Shown: positions 37,282-47,149 of the stretch, in pieces
Layout: each line of letters begins with the position of its first letter
Position numbering within the stretch: the first letter of the stretch is position 1
Made by a program: the position numbers and the translations under genes
Notes under the pieces: model-generated
Databases searched by the model: none
Told to the model about the DNA's origin: nothing
The model's input: the letters and a program-made list of their open reading frames with translations, nothing else
Assembly: GCA_945786935.1 (NCBI GenBank)
Contig: CALZFY010000002.1
Location: 3,502-67,501, forward strand
Length of the DNA stretch: 64,000 bases
Source of the DNA: an uncultured Lachnoclostridium sp.
GTDB taxonomy: Bacteria > Bacillota > Clostridia > Lachnospirales > Lachnospiraceae
Reading direction: 5' to 3'

Positions 37282-38901
37282 ATGTATAAGGTACTACTGG
37301 TAGACGATGAGGCGCTGATTCGTGAAGCCATCAGCGAGAATATTATGTGGGAGGAAATGGGATTTTCCTTTATGGGAGCCTGTGAAAACGGAAAACAGGC
37401 GATGGAAGTGATTGAAAAGGAACAGCCGGATCTTCTGTTAACTGATATCAATATGCCTTACGTGGATGGCATGGAACTGACAAAATTTGTGTATGAAAAC
37501 TATCCTGATACCAAGGTGATCATTATCAGCGGCTTTGATGAATTTGAGTATGCAAAATGTGCTGTAAAGTATCAGGTTCTGGAATATATATTAAAACCCA
37601 TTACTCCTATGGAGTTTACGGAAACATTGCAGCGGGTAAAGGAGATGTTTGATGAAAAACGGCAAAGCCAGCGGGATATGAAAAAGATCCGAAGTGCTTA
37701 TGTGAGTAACCTTCCTGCTCTGCAGGGGCGTTACCTTCATCATCTGCTAAGCGGAACTGCAGATTATTCCAGACTGGAAGAAAAGCAGGAAGAGCTGAAA
37801 CTGAACCTCAGGGCCAGCTGCTATAACACTGCTTTGGTAGAAGGGGACAGCCTGGAGCCTTTTACAAGCCAGTATGCAAATGTGAAGGATGAACTGGCAT
37901 TGTTTGCCATATACAATATTACGGCAGAGATCGTTACCATGGAAGAATGCGGGATCGCCTTTCAGTCAATGGACGAAAAGACGGTAATTATTTTTATGGA
38001 TTCTACAAGAGAGGAGCTGCAGAAAAAAATCAGGCAGGTTCTCCCGAAGATCAGGAAGTCGGTAGAAGATTTCCTCAATATTCAGACGACCATTGCTGTT
38101 GGAAAGACAGTTTACGGAGTAGAAGAACTGGCAGATTCTTTTGCAAAGACCAAAAGCGCCATGGAATATAAATTTATGCTGGGCGGAAATCAGATCATTG
38201 AGGCAGAAGAGTACGAGGAAATCCGAAACGGTGCCAAATATGTGGATGTTTTTGAATGGGCTTCCAGAATCAGTGCCTCCGTCAGAACAAATCATCCGGA
38301 GGAGATCGAGGAAAAGACAAATGCATTTATACTGCAAATGAAACAGGGATTTGTCAATCGAAGCAGGAGCTTTGTTTATGTTCATAATCTGGTACTTTCA
38401 GTCATTAACCTTTTGGAACTTCCGGAAACTCTGGAAGAGGAAATTTTCAGTCAGGAAAAGGATTTTGTGGGGCAAATGGACAGCTGCGAAAATTTGGATG
38501 AAGTAGCAAAGAGGCTGATTAAAATCTTTCGGTTTATCTGCGATCTTTTGTCAAATCAGCGGGACAGCTATGGAAGACGGCAGGCGATGCTGGCCATGGA
38601 CTATATTGAAAAAAATTATCAGGACAGCTCAGTGACCTTAAATTCTGTCTGCAATGCCCTGGCTATGAGTACCAGCTATTTCAGTTCGATTTTTAAAAGC
38701 TATACAGGGGAAACTTTTATTGAATCTCTCACAAAAAAACGCATGGAAAAGGCAAAAATGCTTTTAGAGCAGGGAAACTTAAAAACTTATGAGATTGCGG
38801 AGGCTGTAGGTTACAGTGATGCACATTATTTTAGCATTTCCTTTAAGAAGGCAGTAGGAAAGACTCCTACGGAATATGCGAAGGAATTTAAAAACTCATG
38901 A
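37282..38901 (+). CDS. two-component response regulator with AraC-type output domain (YesN-like)
   Basis: REC domain (YKVLLVDDE...DLLLTDINMP) and C-terminal HTH_18 (EIAEAVGYSDAHYFSISFKK). Confidence 0.88.
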   Translation: MYKVLLVDDEALIREAISENIMWEEMGFSFMGACENGKQAMEVIEKEQPDLLLTDINMPYVDGMELTKFVYENYPDTKVIIISGFDEFEYAKCAVKYQVLEYILKPITPMEFTETLQRVKEMFDEKRQSQRDMKKIRSAYVSNLPALQGRYLHHLLSGTADYSRLEEKQEELKLNLRASCYNTALVEGDSLEPFTSQYANVKDELALFAIYNITAEIVTMEECGIAFQSMDEKTVIIFMDSTREELQKKIRQVLPKIRKSVEDFLNIQTTIAVGKTVYGVEELADSFAKTKSAMEYKFMLGGNQIIEAEEYEEIRNGAKYVDVFEWASRISASVRTNHPEEIEEKTNAFILQMKQGFVNRSRSFVYVHNLVLSVINLLELPETLEEEIFSQEKDFVGQMDSCENLDEVAKRLIKIFRFICDLLSNQRDSYGRRQAMLAMDYIEKNYQDSSVTLNSVCNALAMSTSYFSSIFKSYTGETFIESLTKKRMEKAKMLLEQGNLKTYEIAEAVGYSDAHYFSISFKKAVGKTPTEYAKEFKNS

Positions 38902-40709
38902 AAAACAAAGGGAACGGAAAAAGAAATTTTATCAGTGGGTTTCATACCATTCGAAGTGCGGTTCTTGGAAGCTATTTTCTCATTGCGGTGTTAGCTTTAT
39001 CGGTGTTTGCATTCGTAGCATTTCGGTATACGGAAAAAACGGTTATGGAAAATGCGAGAGAATACAGTGGTCAGCTTATTGAACAGGTAAACAGCGATAT
39101 TGATTCCTATGTGGATTATCTGCGTAATATTTCCACAATGATCACCTCGGATCGGGATGTGCATGATTATTTGTGGGGAGAGCATCAGACTCCGGAGGAG
39201 ATGGAGGAACAAAGAAATCGGATCACTGCACAGTTTCAAACGATTCTGGAGACCCGAAATGATATTGTGAATATCGGAATCCTGGGGATGGATGGAAGGT
39301 ACCTCATTAACAATGGATATTACCGGGTTAACGAAAATGTGACATTGGAAGAACTGCCGTGGATTCAGAAGGTTCTTGAAAAGAAGGGCGTAACAGTTAT
39401 TTCCTCCTCCCATGTGCAAAATGTGGTGGATGGCAAATATGAATGGGTAATCACTCTGGGCAAGGTTCTTGGAAAAAGAGCAATGGGAGAAGCACAGGGG
39501 ATTTTCTTTGTAGACTTAAATTACAGCTCCATCAGTGAACTGTGCAGCAGCATCAGTTTTGGAAACAAAGGATATATCTTTATTCTGGATGAAGACGGAA
39601 ATCTGATCTATCATCCGCAGCAGCAGCTTCTTTATAGCGGCTTAAAGACGGAAAAGATTGAACGTGTGATGGAAAGCAGGGATGACAGCTTCTTTACTGA
39701 AGATGGAAAGCTGTATTCCATTTCCAAATCAAGAGATACCGGCTGGACAGTTGTAGGTGTTTCCTATACGGAGGATCTTTTAAAGAACAGCAATGAGACA
39801 ACTCGGATCTATCTGATCAGCGCATTGATCATCTTTGCGGCAGCTTTTGTGCTGGCCTATGTGCTTTCCGGAGAAATTACCAGACCGATTGAGGTTTTGG
39901 GAGAATCCATGAGGGAAGCCGAAAAAGGTAATTTTGAAAATGTGACGCTGGAAATTGAAGGAAACAATGAAATTGCACGGTTAAGTGCTACCTTTAATAT
40001 CATGATCCGGGAGATCAAACAGCTGATGGAACAAAATGTGGAAGAACAGCGTCAGAAACGTAAAAGTGAATTAAAGGCACTGCAGGCACAGATCAATCCG
40101 CATTTCTTATATAATACCCTGGATTCCATTATCTGGATGGCAGAGTGGGGAAAGACCAGGGAAGTGGTGCTGATGACTTCCTCCCTTGCGAAGCTTCTGC
40201 GGCAAAGCATCAGCAATCAGAATGAGTTTGTAAGGGTAGAGGAGGAGATAGGCTATACCAACAGCTATCTGACAATTCAGAAAATGCGTTATAAAGATAA
40301 GATGGAGTATGAAGTGCAGGTAAGCCCGGAGGTTCTGGACCGGAAGATACCCAAACTGGTGCTTCAGCCTCTGGTGGAAAATGCCATTTATCATGGAATT
40401 AAATATAAAGAAGGAAAAGGAACAGTACTCATTGAAGGAAAACGAAGAGACCGGGAACTGATTCTGAAGGTATCGGACGATGGCGTGGGTATGACAAAAG
40501 AACAGCTGTCAAAAATATTTGAGAAACGTGAAACGGATATTCGAAAAAACGGTGTGGGAGTACAGAATGTTCATGAACGAATCCAGCTTTATTACGGAAA
40601 AGAATACGGATTGGTTTACACCAGCAGGTACGGTGCCGGAACTACGGTAGAGATCAGAATCCCATGGATGGAAGGAGGAAGTGAGGCGGATCATGAAAAA
40701 AACATATAA
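38898..40709 (+). CDS. sensor histidine kinase, YesM/LytS-like (Cache, HAMP, His_kinase, HATPase)
   Basis: LQAQINPHFLYNTLDSI H-box and the N/G boxes of HATPase_c. ATGA overlap with the regulator gene. Confidence 0.88.
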   Translation: MKNKGNGKRNFISGFHTIRSAVLGSYFLIAVLALSVFAFVAFRYTEKTVMENAREYSGQLIEQVNSDIDSYVDYLRNISTMITSDRDVHDYLWGEHQTPEEMEEQRNRITAQFQTILETRNDIVNIGILGMDGRYLINNGYYRVNENVTLEELPWIQKVLEKKGVTVISSSHVQNVVDGKYEWVITLGKVLGKRAMGEAQGIFFVDLNYSSISELCSSISFGNKGYIFILDEDGNLIYHPQQQLLYSGLKTEKIERVMESRDDSFFTEDGKLYSISKSRDTGWTVVGVSYTEDLLKNSNETTRIYLISALIIFAAAFVLAYVLSGEITRPIEVLGESMREAEKGNFENVTLEIEGNNEIARLSATFNIMIREIKQLMEQNVEEQRQKRKSELKALQAQINPHFLYNTLDSIIWMAEWGKTREVVLMTSSLAKLLRQSISNQNEFVRVEEEIGYTNSYLTIQKMRYKDKMEYEVQVSPEVLDRKIPKLVLQPLVENAIYHGIKYKEGKGTVLIEGKRRDRELILKVSDDGVGMTKEQLSKIFEKRETDIRKNGVGVQNVHERIQLYYGKEYGLVYTSRYGAGTTVEIRIPWMEGGSEADHEKNI

Positions 40710-41667
40710 TCTGCGAAAAGTATTGATTGGTTTTGTATGTGGTCTTCTGCTTCTGAATGGTATTATCTTTTCTTCCCGGACAGGAGCGGATCATTCGAAA
40801 GACATTGTACTGGTTCTCAAGGTCATAGATGCTACCAATGATTTCTGGACAGGAGTGATCCAGGGAGCGGAAATGGCAGCGAAAGAATACGGTGTAAACC
40901 TGACGGTTTTAGGACCGGATGCGGAGACAGAATATGAGAAACAGGGAGAATTGATCGAACAGGCCATTGCCATGAAACCGGATGCCATTGCCCTGGTTCC
41001 ATCCAATTATACAGAGACGATTCCCTATGCAAAAGAAATTGAAACAGCAGGGATTTTGCTGGTTTTGGTAGATTCTGTCATGAAAGAGGAAATGGGCTCC
41101 TGTGTGGTGGCAACGGATAATATTGAAGCCGGCCGTAAGATGGGAGAATACATTGCGGATACTGTGAAAGATATTTCCGCCATCGGGATCGTAGGACATG
41201 TCAGGGGGACTTCTACTGCAACGGAGAGAGAACAGGGGCTTCGGGAAGGTCTTGGAGAACTGGAAAAGAATGTGACAGATGTGGTATTTTGTGATTCAGA
41301 TTACCGAAAAGCTTATCATGTAACGAAAGAAATGCTGGAGAGGTATCCTAAGATCAATGTGATTGCGGGATTGAATGAATATTCCTCCGTAGGGGCGGCG
41401 AAAGCAGTTCATGACATGGGGCTTGCCGGCCAGATCCGTATGATCGGCTTTGACAGCTCGATCAAGGAGGTTGAATATCTGGAGGATGGTACCTTTGATG
41501 CCATTGTAGTACAAAGACCTCTGAATATGGGATATCTTTGTATTGAGAAGACGGTACAGCTGCTTTCGGGAGAAACTGTGGCGGCCAGTGTGGATTCGGG
41601 GTCGGTCCTGATTACAAAAGAGACCATGTATACAGAAGAAAATCAAAAACTGTTGTTCCCGTTTTAG
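40693..41667 (+). CDS. membrane-anchored periplasmic-binding-protein-like sugar sensor (third component of the signalling system)
   Basis: N-terminal TM helix followed by a type I sugar-binding fold (DFWTGVIQGAEMAAKEYGV...). Overlaps the kinase 3' end. Confidence 0.75.
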   Translation: MKKTYNLRKVLIGFVCGLLLLNGIIFSSRTGADHSKDIVLVLKVIDATNDFWTGVIQGAEMAAKEYGVNLTVLGPDAETEYEKQGELIEQAIAMKPDAIALVPSNYTETIPYAKEIETAGILLVLVDSVMKEEMGSCVVATDNIEAGRKMGEYIADTVKDISAIGIVGHVRGTSTATEREQGLREGLGELEKNVTDVVFCDSDYRKAYHVTKEMLERYPKINVIAGLNEYSSVGAAKAVHDMGLAGQIRMIGFDSSIKEVEYLEDGTFDAIVVQRPLNMGYLCIEKTVQLLSGETVAASVDSGSVLITKETMYTEENQKLLFPF

Positions 41668-41677
41668 GGGATTTTTG

Positions 41678-41716
41678 AAAAGGTTAAAATTTTTACGGAA
41701 GATTTTAACCTTTTTC
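41678..41716 (+). terminator. terminator after the three-component sensor operon
   Basis: GGTTAAAAT / ATTTTAACC stem followed by a T5 run. Confidence 0.7.
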
Positions 41717-41926
41717 CATATAATTTTCTATTAAATTCCCGGGAAAGAAAAACTATAATATCAACATATAACACAATATGCATCATCATTGCTTTCATTT
41801 CTTAAGGGAGATTAGGGATCATGCAGTCGGTGTATGAGGCGCAGGCTGATGTGGGAACATGAGCATGCCTCTTTTTTCAGGGGGAAAAGCCGAAAACTGT
41901 GAGCGGAAATGATTCAGGAAAAAACG

Positions 41927-42018
41927 GATGAATATCCTTTCTGGGGGGAGATGGATATCCAGAGTTTGGAAATGTGGCATAGTGATGCATATTGCAGTTA
42001 AAACATATGCATATTGCA
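41927..42018 (+). promoter_or_regulatory. array of four direct repeats GATGNATAT(Y), candidate response-regulator binding sites
   Basis: GATGAATATCC (41927), GATGGATATCC (41950), GATGCATATTGC (41984) and TATGCATATTGC (42006). The last two share an exact 12-mer, ATGCATATTGCA, 22 nt apart. Confidence 0.5.
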
Positions 42019-42070
42019 CAAAAAATATTCTGCAAACCTTCTGAAAATGTAAAAGTTAACGATGAATATA

Positions 42071-42099
42071 TTGACGGTTCAGGGGGATAAGAGTATAAT
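42071..42099 (+). promoter_or_regulatory. sigma-A-type promoter of the ABC transporter operon
   Basis: TTGACG, a 17-nt spacer, then TATAAT. Confidence 0.7.
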
Positions 42100-42113
42100 G
42101 TGTGGTAGCAATG

Positions 42114-42147
42114 AAAAAACGGACGGGGGTACTTAAAGTCCGTTTTT
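42114..42147 (+). promoter_or_regulatory. leader hairpin with T-tract between the promoter and the ABC operon start (attenuator or 5' stabiliser)
   Basis: AAAAAACGGAC / GTCCGTTTTT stem with a 13-nt loop, about 8-40 nt after the predicted transcription start. Confidence 0.45.
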
Positions 42148-42176
42148 CACACATTAAAAAGGGAGGAATAGTAAAG

Positions 42177-43154
42177 GTGGAAAAAATCAAACAAAACCCA
42201 TTAGTAAAAAAGATTGGCTTTAACAGAATCATTCTGATCGGCGTATTGATCGTAATGTACATTGCATTCGGACTTATGACCGGCGGAGCATTCTTCGGGA
42301 TGACACGTATTTTGAACACCCTGAACTATGCATACTTCTTAGGGTTCCTTTCCCTGGGAGTAACGTTTGTAATTGCAACAGGAGGTATCGATTTCTCTAT
42401 CGGACCTATGATGTTCTGTTGTGCATTGGTTTCAGGTTTCTGTCTGACATCCTATGGCCTGCCATTACCTCTTTGTCTGGTAATGAGTATCCTGATTGGT
42501 ACGGTCTTCGGTTGCTTTAACGGCTATCTCGTAGCATTCTGGAAGGTGCCGCCATTCATCGTATCCATGGCAAGTATGAACATTGCCAAAGGTATTGCAG
42601 CTGTATTTACAAAAACACAGTCTGTAAGCTGGCCGCAGGGTTCTGATCCGGTAAACGGATGGTACAGAAACATCGTCAGCGTAAACGGAATCCCGGTAGG
42701 TCTCTTTATTTTCCTTGGTGTAGCTATTGTATGTGCAATGATCTTAAATAAGACCAAAGCAGGACGTTACATCCTTTGTCTGGGAAGTAATGAAGAAGCA
42801 GTCAGACTTTCAGGTGTTGATACCAAAAAATGGAAGATGCTTGCATATGTTATCTGTGGTACATTAGTAGGTATCGCTTCACTCTTCTTCGTAGCAGCAT
42901 TTACAACAGTACAGCCTGGATATGGCGATCAGTACAACAACGAAGCAATCGCCGGCTGTGTAATGGGTGGTACATCCATGGCAGGTGGTATCGCTTCTAT
43001 CAGCGGTACAGTAATCGGTGTATTTATCATTGCTTTATTACAGCAGGGTATTTTAGCTCTTGGTTTCACAAAAGAGTATCAGTACATCATTACAGGTTTA
43101 ATTGTTATCGGTGCAGTTTATGCAGACGTTTCTGCAAGACGTAGAAAGAACTAG
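42177..43154 (+). CDS. sugar ABC transporter permease (ribose/xylose-type, BPD_transp_2)
   Basis: Polytopic membrane protein. GTG start with GGGAGG 9 nt upstream; the track ORF begins at 42102. Confidence 0.85.
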   Translation: MEKIKQNPLVKKIGFNRIILIGVLIVMYIAFGLMTGGAFFGMTRILNTLNYAYFLGFLSLGVTFVIATGGIDFSIGPMMFCCALVSGFCLTSYGLPLPLCLVMSILIGTVFGCFNGYLVAFWKVPPFIVSMASMNIAKGIAAVFTKTQSVSWPQGSDPVNGWYRNIVSVNGIPVGLFIFLGVAIVCAMILNKTKAGRYILCLGSNEEAVRLSGVDTKKWKMLAYVICGTLVGIASLFFVAAFTTVQPGYGDQYNNEAIAGCVMGGTSMAGGIASISGTVIGVFIIALLQQGILALGFTKEYQYIITGLIVIGAVYADVSARRRKN

Positions 43155-43184
43155 TGGGAATGCTGGAGAAAGGAAGGTAAGAAA

Positions 43185-44681
43185 ATGGGCGATATTATTT
43201 TAACAATGAAAGGTATTGACAAATCTTTCCCTGGTGTTCACGCATTAGATCATGTAGATTTGGAAATCAGAAAAGGCGAAGTTCTTGCACTCATGGGCGA
43301 AAATGGTGCAGGTAAATCAACCTTAATGAAAGTTTTAACAGGTATCTACAAAAAAGATTCCGGTACTATTACATACGAAGGCAAAGAAGTTGAGTTTAAG
43401 AACACAAGAGAAGCTCAGGATGCCGGTATCGTAATCGTGCATCAGGAACTTAATATGTTAGGTCACCTGACAGTAGCACAGAACTTATTCATCGGCAGAG
43501 AATTCATGAATGGCGTGAAGATCGATGATAAGAAAATGAATGAAGAAGCGAAAAAGCTTTTTGACAAATTAAATGTAGACATTGATCCTACAGAAACCAT
43601 GGCTAACTTAACAGTTGGTAAGCAGCAGATGTGTGAAATCGCAAAAGCAGTTTCCTTCGATGCAAAAGTTATCATCTTCGACGAACCTTCTGCAGCTTTA
43701 ACTGAAACAGAAATTGAAGCAATGTTCGAAATCATTCGCGACCTGAAGAAGAGAGATATCGCAATGGTATATATCTCACACCGTATGGATGAAATCAAGG
43801 TGATTACAGACCGTGTAACAGTTATGCGAGATGGTACCTATGTTGGAACATTGATTACAAAAGACTGTACAAAAGAAGATATCATCAACATGATGGTTGG
43901 TCGTGTTATTTATGAAGATCCTAAGACACACAGCATGGTTCCGGAAGGAGCACCGGTTGTATTAAAGGTTGAACACTTAAATGCCGGCAAGATGGTACAG
44001 GATGTAAGCTTTGAACTTCGTAAGGGCGAGATCCTTGGATTCTCCGGACTTATGGGTGCAGGACGTACAGAAACAGCCAGAGCATTATTCGGAGCTGACC
44101 CGAAAGAAAGTGGAGATATTTATATCAACGGTCAGAAGGTTACGATCAACAGCCCTGAAGATGCAGTTAAATGCGGTATCGGTTATCTTTCAGAGGATAG
44201 AAAACGTTTCGGTATCGTTGTACAGAAAACAGTTGCTGAAAACACAACCATGGCTACCATGCATAAATTCATGAATGGACTTTTCATTGATAAGAAGAAA
44301 GAAGCAAAAGTAGCTCAGGAATATGTTGATGCACTTGCTACCAAAACTCCTGGTGTAGATCAGTTAGTAGTAAACCTTTCCGGTGGTAACCAGCAGAAGG
44401 TTGTTATCGCAAAATGGTTAACACGTGACTGTGATATCCTTATCTTCGATGAGCCTACCAGAGGTATCGATGTTGGTGCTAAGAACGAAATCTATAAACT
44501 GATGAGTAAATTAGCAGCAGAAGGTAAAGCAATCATTATGATTTCTTCAGAAATGACAGAAATCCTGCGTATGAGTGACCGAATCATCGTAATGTGCGAA
44601 GGTAAGAAGACAGGTGAAATTGATATTGCTGAAGCAACTCAGGAAAATATCATGAACCTTGCAACAAGAGAGATTGACTAG
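43185..44681 (+). CDS. sugar ABC transporter ATP-binding protein (tandem ABC domains)
   Basis: Walker A GENGAGKST, and two LSGG-type signatures (LTVGKQQ, LSGGNQQK). Confidence 0.92.
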   Translation: MGDIILTMKGIDKSFPGVHALDHVDLEIRKGEVLALMGENGAGKSTLMKVLTGIYKKDSGTITYEGKEVEFKNTREAQDAGIVIVHQELNMLGHLTVAQNLFIGREFMNGVKIDDKKMNEEAKKLFDKLNVDIDPTETMANLTVGKQQMCEIAKAVSFDAKVIIFDEPSAALTETEIEAMFEIIRDLKKRDIAMVYISHRMDEIKVITDRVTVMRDGTYVGTLITKDCTKEDIINMMVGRVIYEDPKTHSMVPEGAPVVLKVEHLNAGKMVQDVSFELRKGEILGFSGLMGAGRTETARALFGADPKESGDIYINGQKVTINSPEDAVKCGIGYLSEDRKRFGIVVQKTVAENTTMATMHKFMNGLFIDKKKEAKVAQEYVDALATKTPGVDQLVVNLSGGNQQKVVIAKWLTRDCDILIFDEPTRGIDVGAKNEIYKLMSKLAAEGKAIIMISSEMTEILRMSDRIIVMCEGKKTGEIDIAEATQENIMNLATREID

Positions 44682-44694
44682 GAGGGGGAAAATA

Positions 44695-45666
44695 ATGTCT
44701 AAGAAAAAATCATTTGCTATATTCAATGGACGAGAACTCATGGTAATGGGAATCATTGTTGCAATGACCGTTATTTTCAGCATTCTCAGTTCAACATTCA
44801 GAAGTTATCCTACACTGGTATCAGTGTTAGACAGTACATACTATGTATCTCTCATGGCAATCGGTGTTACATTCCCGTTGATCACAGGTGGTGTAGACCT
44901 TTCCATCGGTACTGGTTTAGTATGTTATTCCTTGATTGGTGGTTACCTTGCAGTGAATAAAGGAATGCCTGTCATAGTAGCACTCCTTATTACAATTCTG
45001 GTTGGTGTAGTCATTGGTATCTTAAACGGATGTCTGGTAGCTCTTATGGATCTGCCACCATTCCTCGCAACCCTTTGTACCTGCATGATTACCCGTGGTT
45101 TAGGACCTGCTCTTTGCGGTGGCTTCGGTGTTTCATGGCCATCAGTTTTATCAGCAGACGGTTGGTTTAGAAAGATCTTCAAGTTTACCAATGCGTCAGG
45201 AAGAGTTATTCCGATTGGTATTATCCTTATCGTAGTGATCGTACTGATTATGTCCTTCGTATTAAATCATACAAAAGTGGGACGTTATACAATCGCTATC
45301 GGATCTAATAAAGAAGCTACCAGATTAGCTGGTGTTAATGTTAAATTTTATCACGTAACAGCTTATGCAATCTGTGGTTTATTTGCAGGTTTGGCAGGTG
45401 TTGCTTATGCAGCAACTTACGCTACCATCTATCCAGGTACAGGTGCCGGCTTTGAAATGGATGCCATCGGTGGAGCTATCGTAGGTGGTGTATCTGCATC
45501 CGGTGGATCAGGTACCATCTTTGGAGCATTCCTTGGAGTTATCGTTATCTCCTTAATGAAGATCGGTTTACCATTCGTAGGCTTACAGGCAAACTGGCAG
45601 CAGATTTTTACAGGTCTTGTATTACTGGGAGCAGTATTAATTGATATTGTAAAAAAGAAAAAATAA
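44695..45666 (+). CDS. sugar ABC transporter permease
   Basis: Polytopic paralogue of 42177-43154. GGAGGGGG precedes ATG 44695. Confidence 0.85.
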   Translation: MSKKKSFAIFNGRELMVMGIIVAMTVIFSILSSTFRSYPTLVSVLDSTYYVSLMAIGVTFPLITGGVDLSIGTGLVCYSLIGGYLAVNKGMPVIVALLITILVGVVIGILNGCLVALMDLPPFLATLCTCMITRGLGPALCGGFGVSWPSVLSADGWFRKIFKFTNASGRVIPIGIILIVVIVLIMSFVLNHTKVGRYTIAIGSNKEATRLAGVNVKFYHVTAYAICGLFAGLAGVAYAATYATIYPGTGAGFEMDAIGGAIVGGVSASGGSGTIFGAFLGVIVISLMKIGLPFVGLQANWQQIFTGLVLLGAVLIDIVKKKK

Positions 45667-45759
45667 TGTTATAATGAGTCCATGACTTAGGTCATGCCCA
45701 AAGATTATGATGTCGAAAAGACTTCATATAAAAAAAGTTCTATAAGGAGGAACAAAAAA

Positions 45760-46902
45760 ATGAAAAAGAAAGTTTTAGCTATCCTTATGTGTGCAGTATT
45801 AGCACTCTCTATGGTAGCATGTGGCGGTTCTAAAGAAGAACCAGCTACAGAACCAGCTGCAACAGAAGATGCAGCAGCAACAGAAACACCAGCAGCTGAA
45901 GGCAAAGATTATCACTTTGAAATCATCGTTAAATCCTTCCAGTCTACATACTGGCAGGCAGCAGTTAAAGGTGTTGAACAGGCTTGTGCAGAACAGGGCG
46001 TAACAGCTAACTGTAATGGACCAGCTACAGAATCTGATATCGCAGATCAGGTTCAGATGCTCAACGATGCTATCGCAAAAGCTCCTAACGGAATCGGTTT
46101 AGCAGCTTGTGATACAAACTCTGTACTTGATTCTCTTCAGAAAGCTTTAGACGCAGGTATCCCAGTAGTTTGCTTCGATACAGGTGTTACAGATGCTCCA
46201 GCAGGTTCCGTAGTTGCAACAGTTGCTACAGATAACGCAGCAGCAGGTGCTTGTGCAGCTGAAAACATTTATCCAGTTATCAAAGACGTTGTTGCAAAAG
46301 CTACAACAGATGCAAAAGTACGTATCGGTGAAGTTAACCAGGATGCTACAGCTCAGAACATTCAGCAGCGTGGTCTTGGATTCATCAACAAAATGGTAGA
46401 ACTTTGTGCAGCAGATGGCGTTAAAGTTGCTATCGAAGGTAATGAATTCTATGTAAATGCAGCAGAAGGTGTAGTTCCGGCAGCAGAAGCTTCTGTAATC
46501 ATCGAAGTTGCTGTACCAGCTCAGACAACTGTAGAATTATCTTCTGCAGAAGCTCAGAAAATCATGGCTAAAGCTGACACAATCGCTATCTTTGGTTCTA
46601 ACCAGGTTACAGCTGAAGGTGTTATCACAGCTAACGGTACTCTGAACAAATTAGGAACAGACCCAGCTACAAGCATCATCGCTGCAGGTTTCGACGCAGG
46701 AACACCTCAGAAAGAAGCTATCAACGCTGGACAGTTAATCGGTTCCGTAACACAGTCTCCATTAATGATGGGTTATGAATGTATCAACACTTTAGTTGCA
46801 TACTGCAACGGCGAAACAGTAGCTGATATCCCAATGAATGGTTACTGGTACAACACAGAAAACATGACAGCTGACGACATCGCTCCAAACCTTTACGACT
46901 AA
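45760..46902 (+). CDS. sugar ABC transporter substrate-binding lipoprotein
   Basis: Lipobox LALSMVACGG, a Pro/Ala/Thr/Glu linker, and a type I binding fold. Confidence 0.85.
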   Translation: MKKKVLAILMCAVLALSMVACGGSKEEPATEPAATEDAAATETPAAEGKDYHFEIIVKSFQSTYWQAAVKGVEQACAEQGVTANCNGPATESDIADQVQMLNDAIAKAPNGIGLAACDTNSVLDSLQKALDAGIPVVCFDTGVTDAPAGSVVATVATDNAAAGACAAENIYPVIKDVVAKATTDAKVRIGEVNQDATAQNIQQRGLGFINKMVELCAADGVKVAIEGNEFYVNAAEGVVPAAEASVIIEVAVPAQTTVELSSAEAQKIMAKADTIAIFGSNQVTAEGVITANGTLNKLGTDPATSIIAAGFDAGTPQKEAINAGQLIGSVTQSPLMMGYECINTLVAYCNGETVADIPMNGYWYNTENMTADDIAPNLYD

Positions 46903-46940
46903 TCTATAGCTCATAAAGATTTCAGTGAATGAAAGCTAAC

Positions 46941-46972
46941 AAAAGGGATCGGATTTATCCGGTCCCTTTTCT
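46941..46972 (+). terminator. terminator after the ABC operon binding-protein gene
   Basis: GGGATCGG / CCGGTCCC stem followed by a TTTT tract. Confidence 0.75.
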
Positions 46973-47149
46973 AAAAGAAAAGCGGTGTTTCATAATAAAA
47001 TATTAAGATTTATAAGGGAAAATACCATAGAATTTTCATAATTTTAGTGTATAATCAAGTAGGAATTGTAAAAGGATGTAACTGTTGCATATCTTCAGAA
47101 CAGTTATAAAAGGATAACTTTGGAAAACGATACAGAAAGGGAAGATTGT

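Noticed and set aside
41821-41862. 13-codon mini-ORF (MQSVYEAQADVGT) with an upstream GGGAG in the long intergenic region before the ABC operon.
   Set aside because: It lies upstream of the predicted promoter at 42071, has no features of a known leader peptide, and is too short to evaluate.
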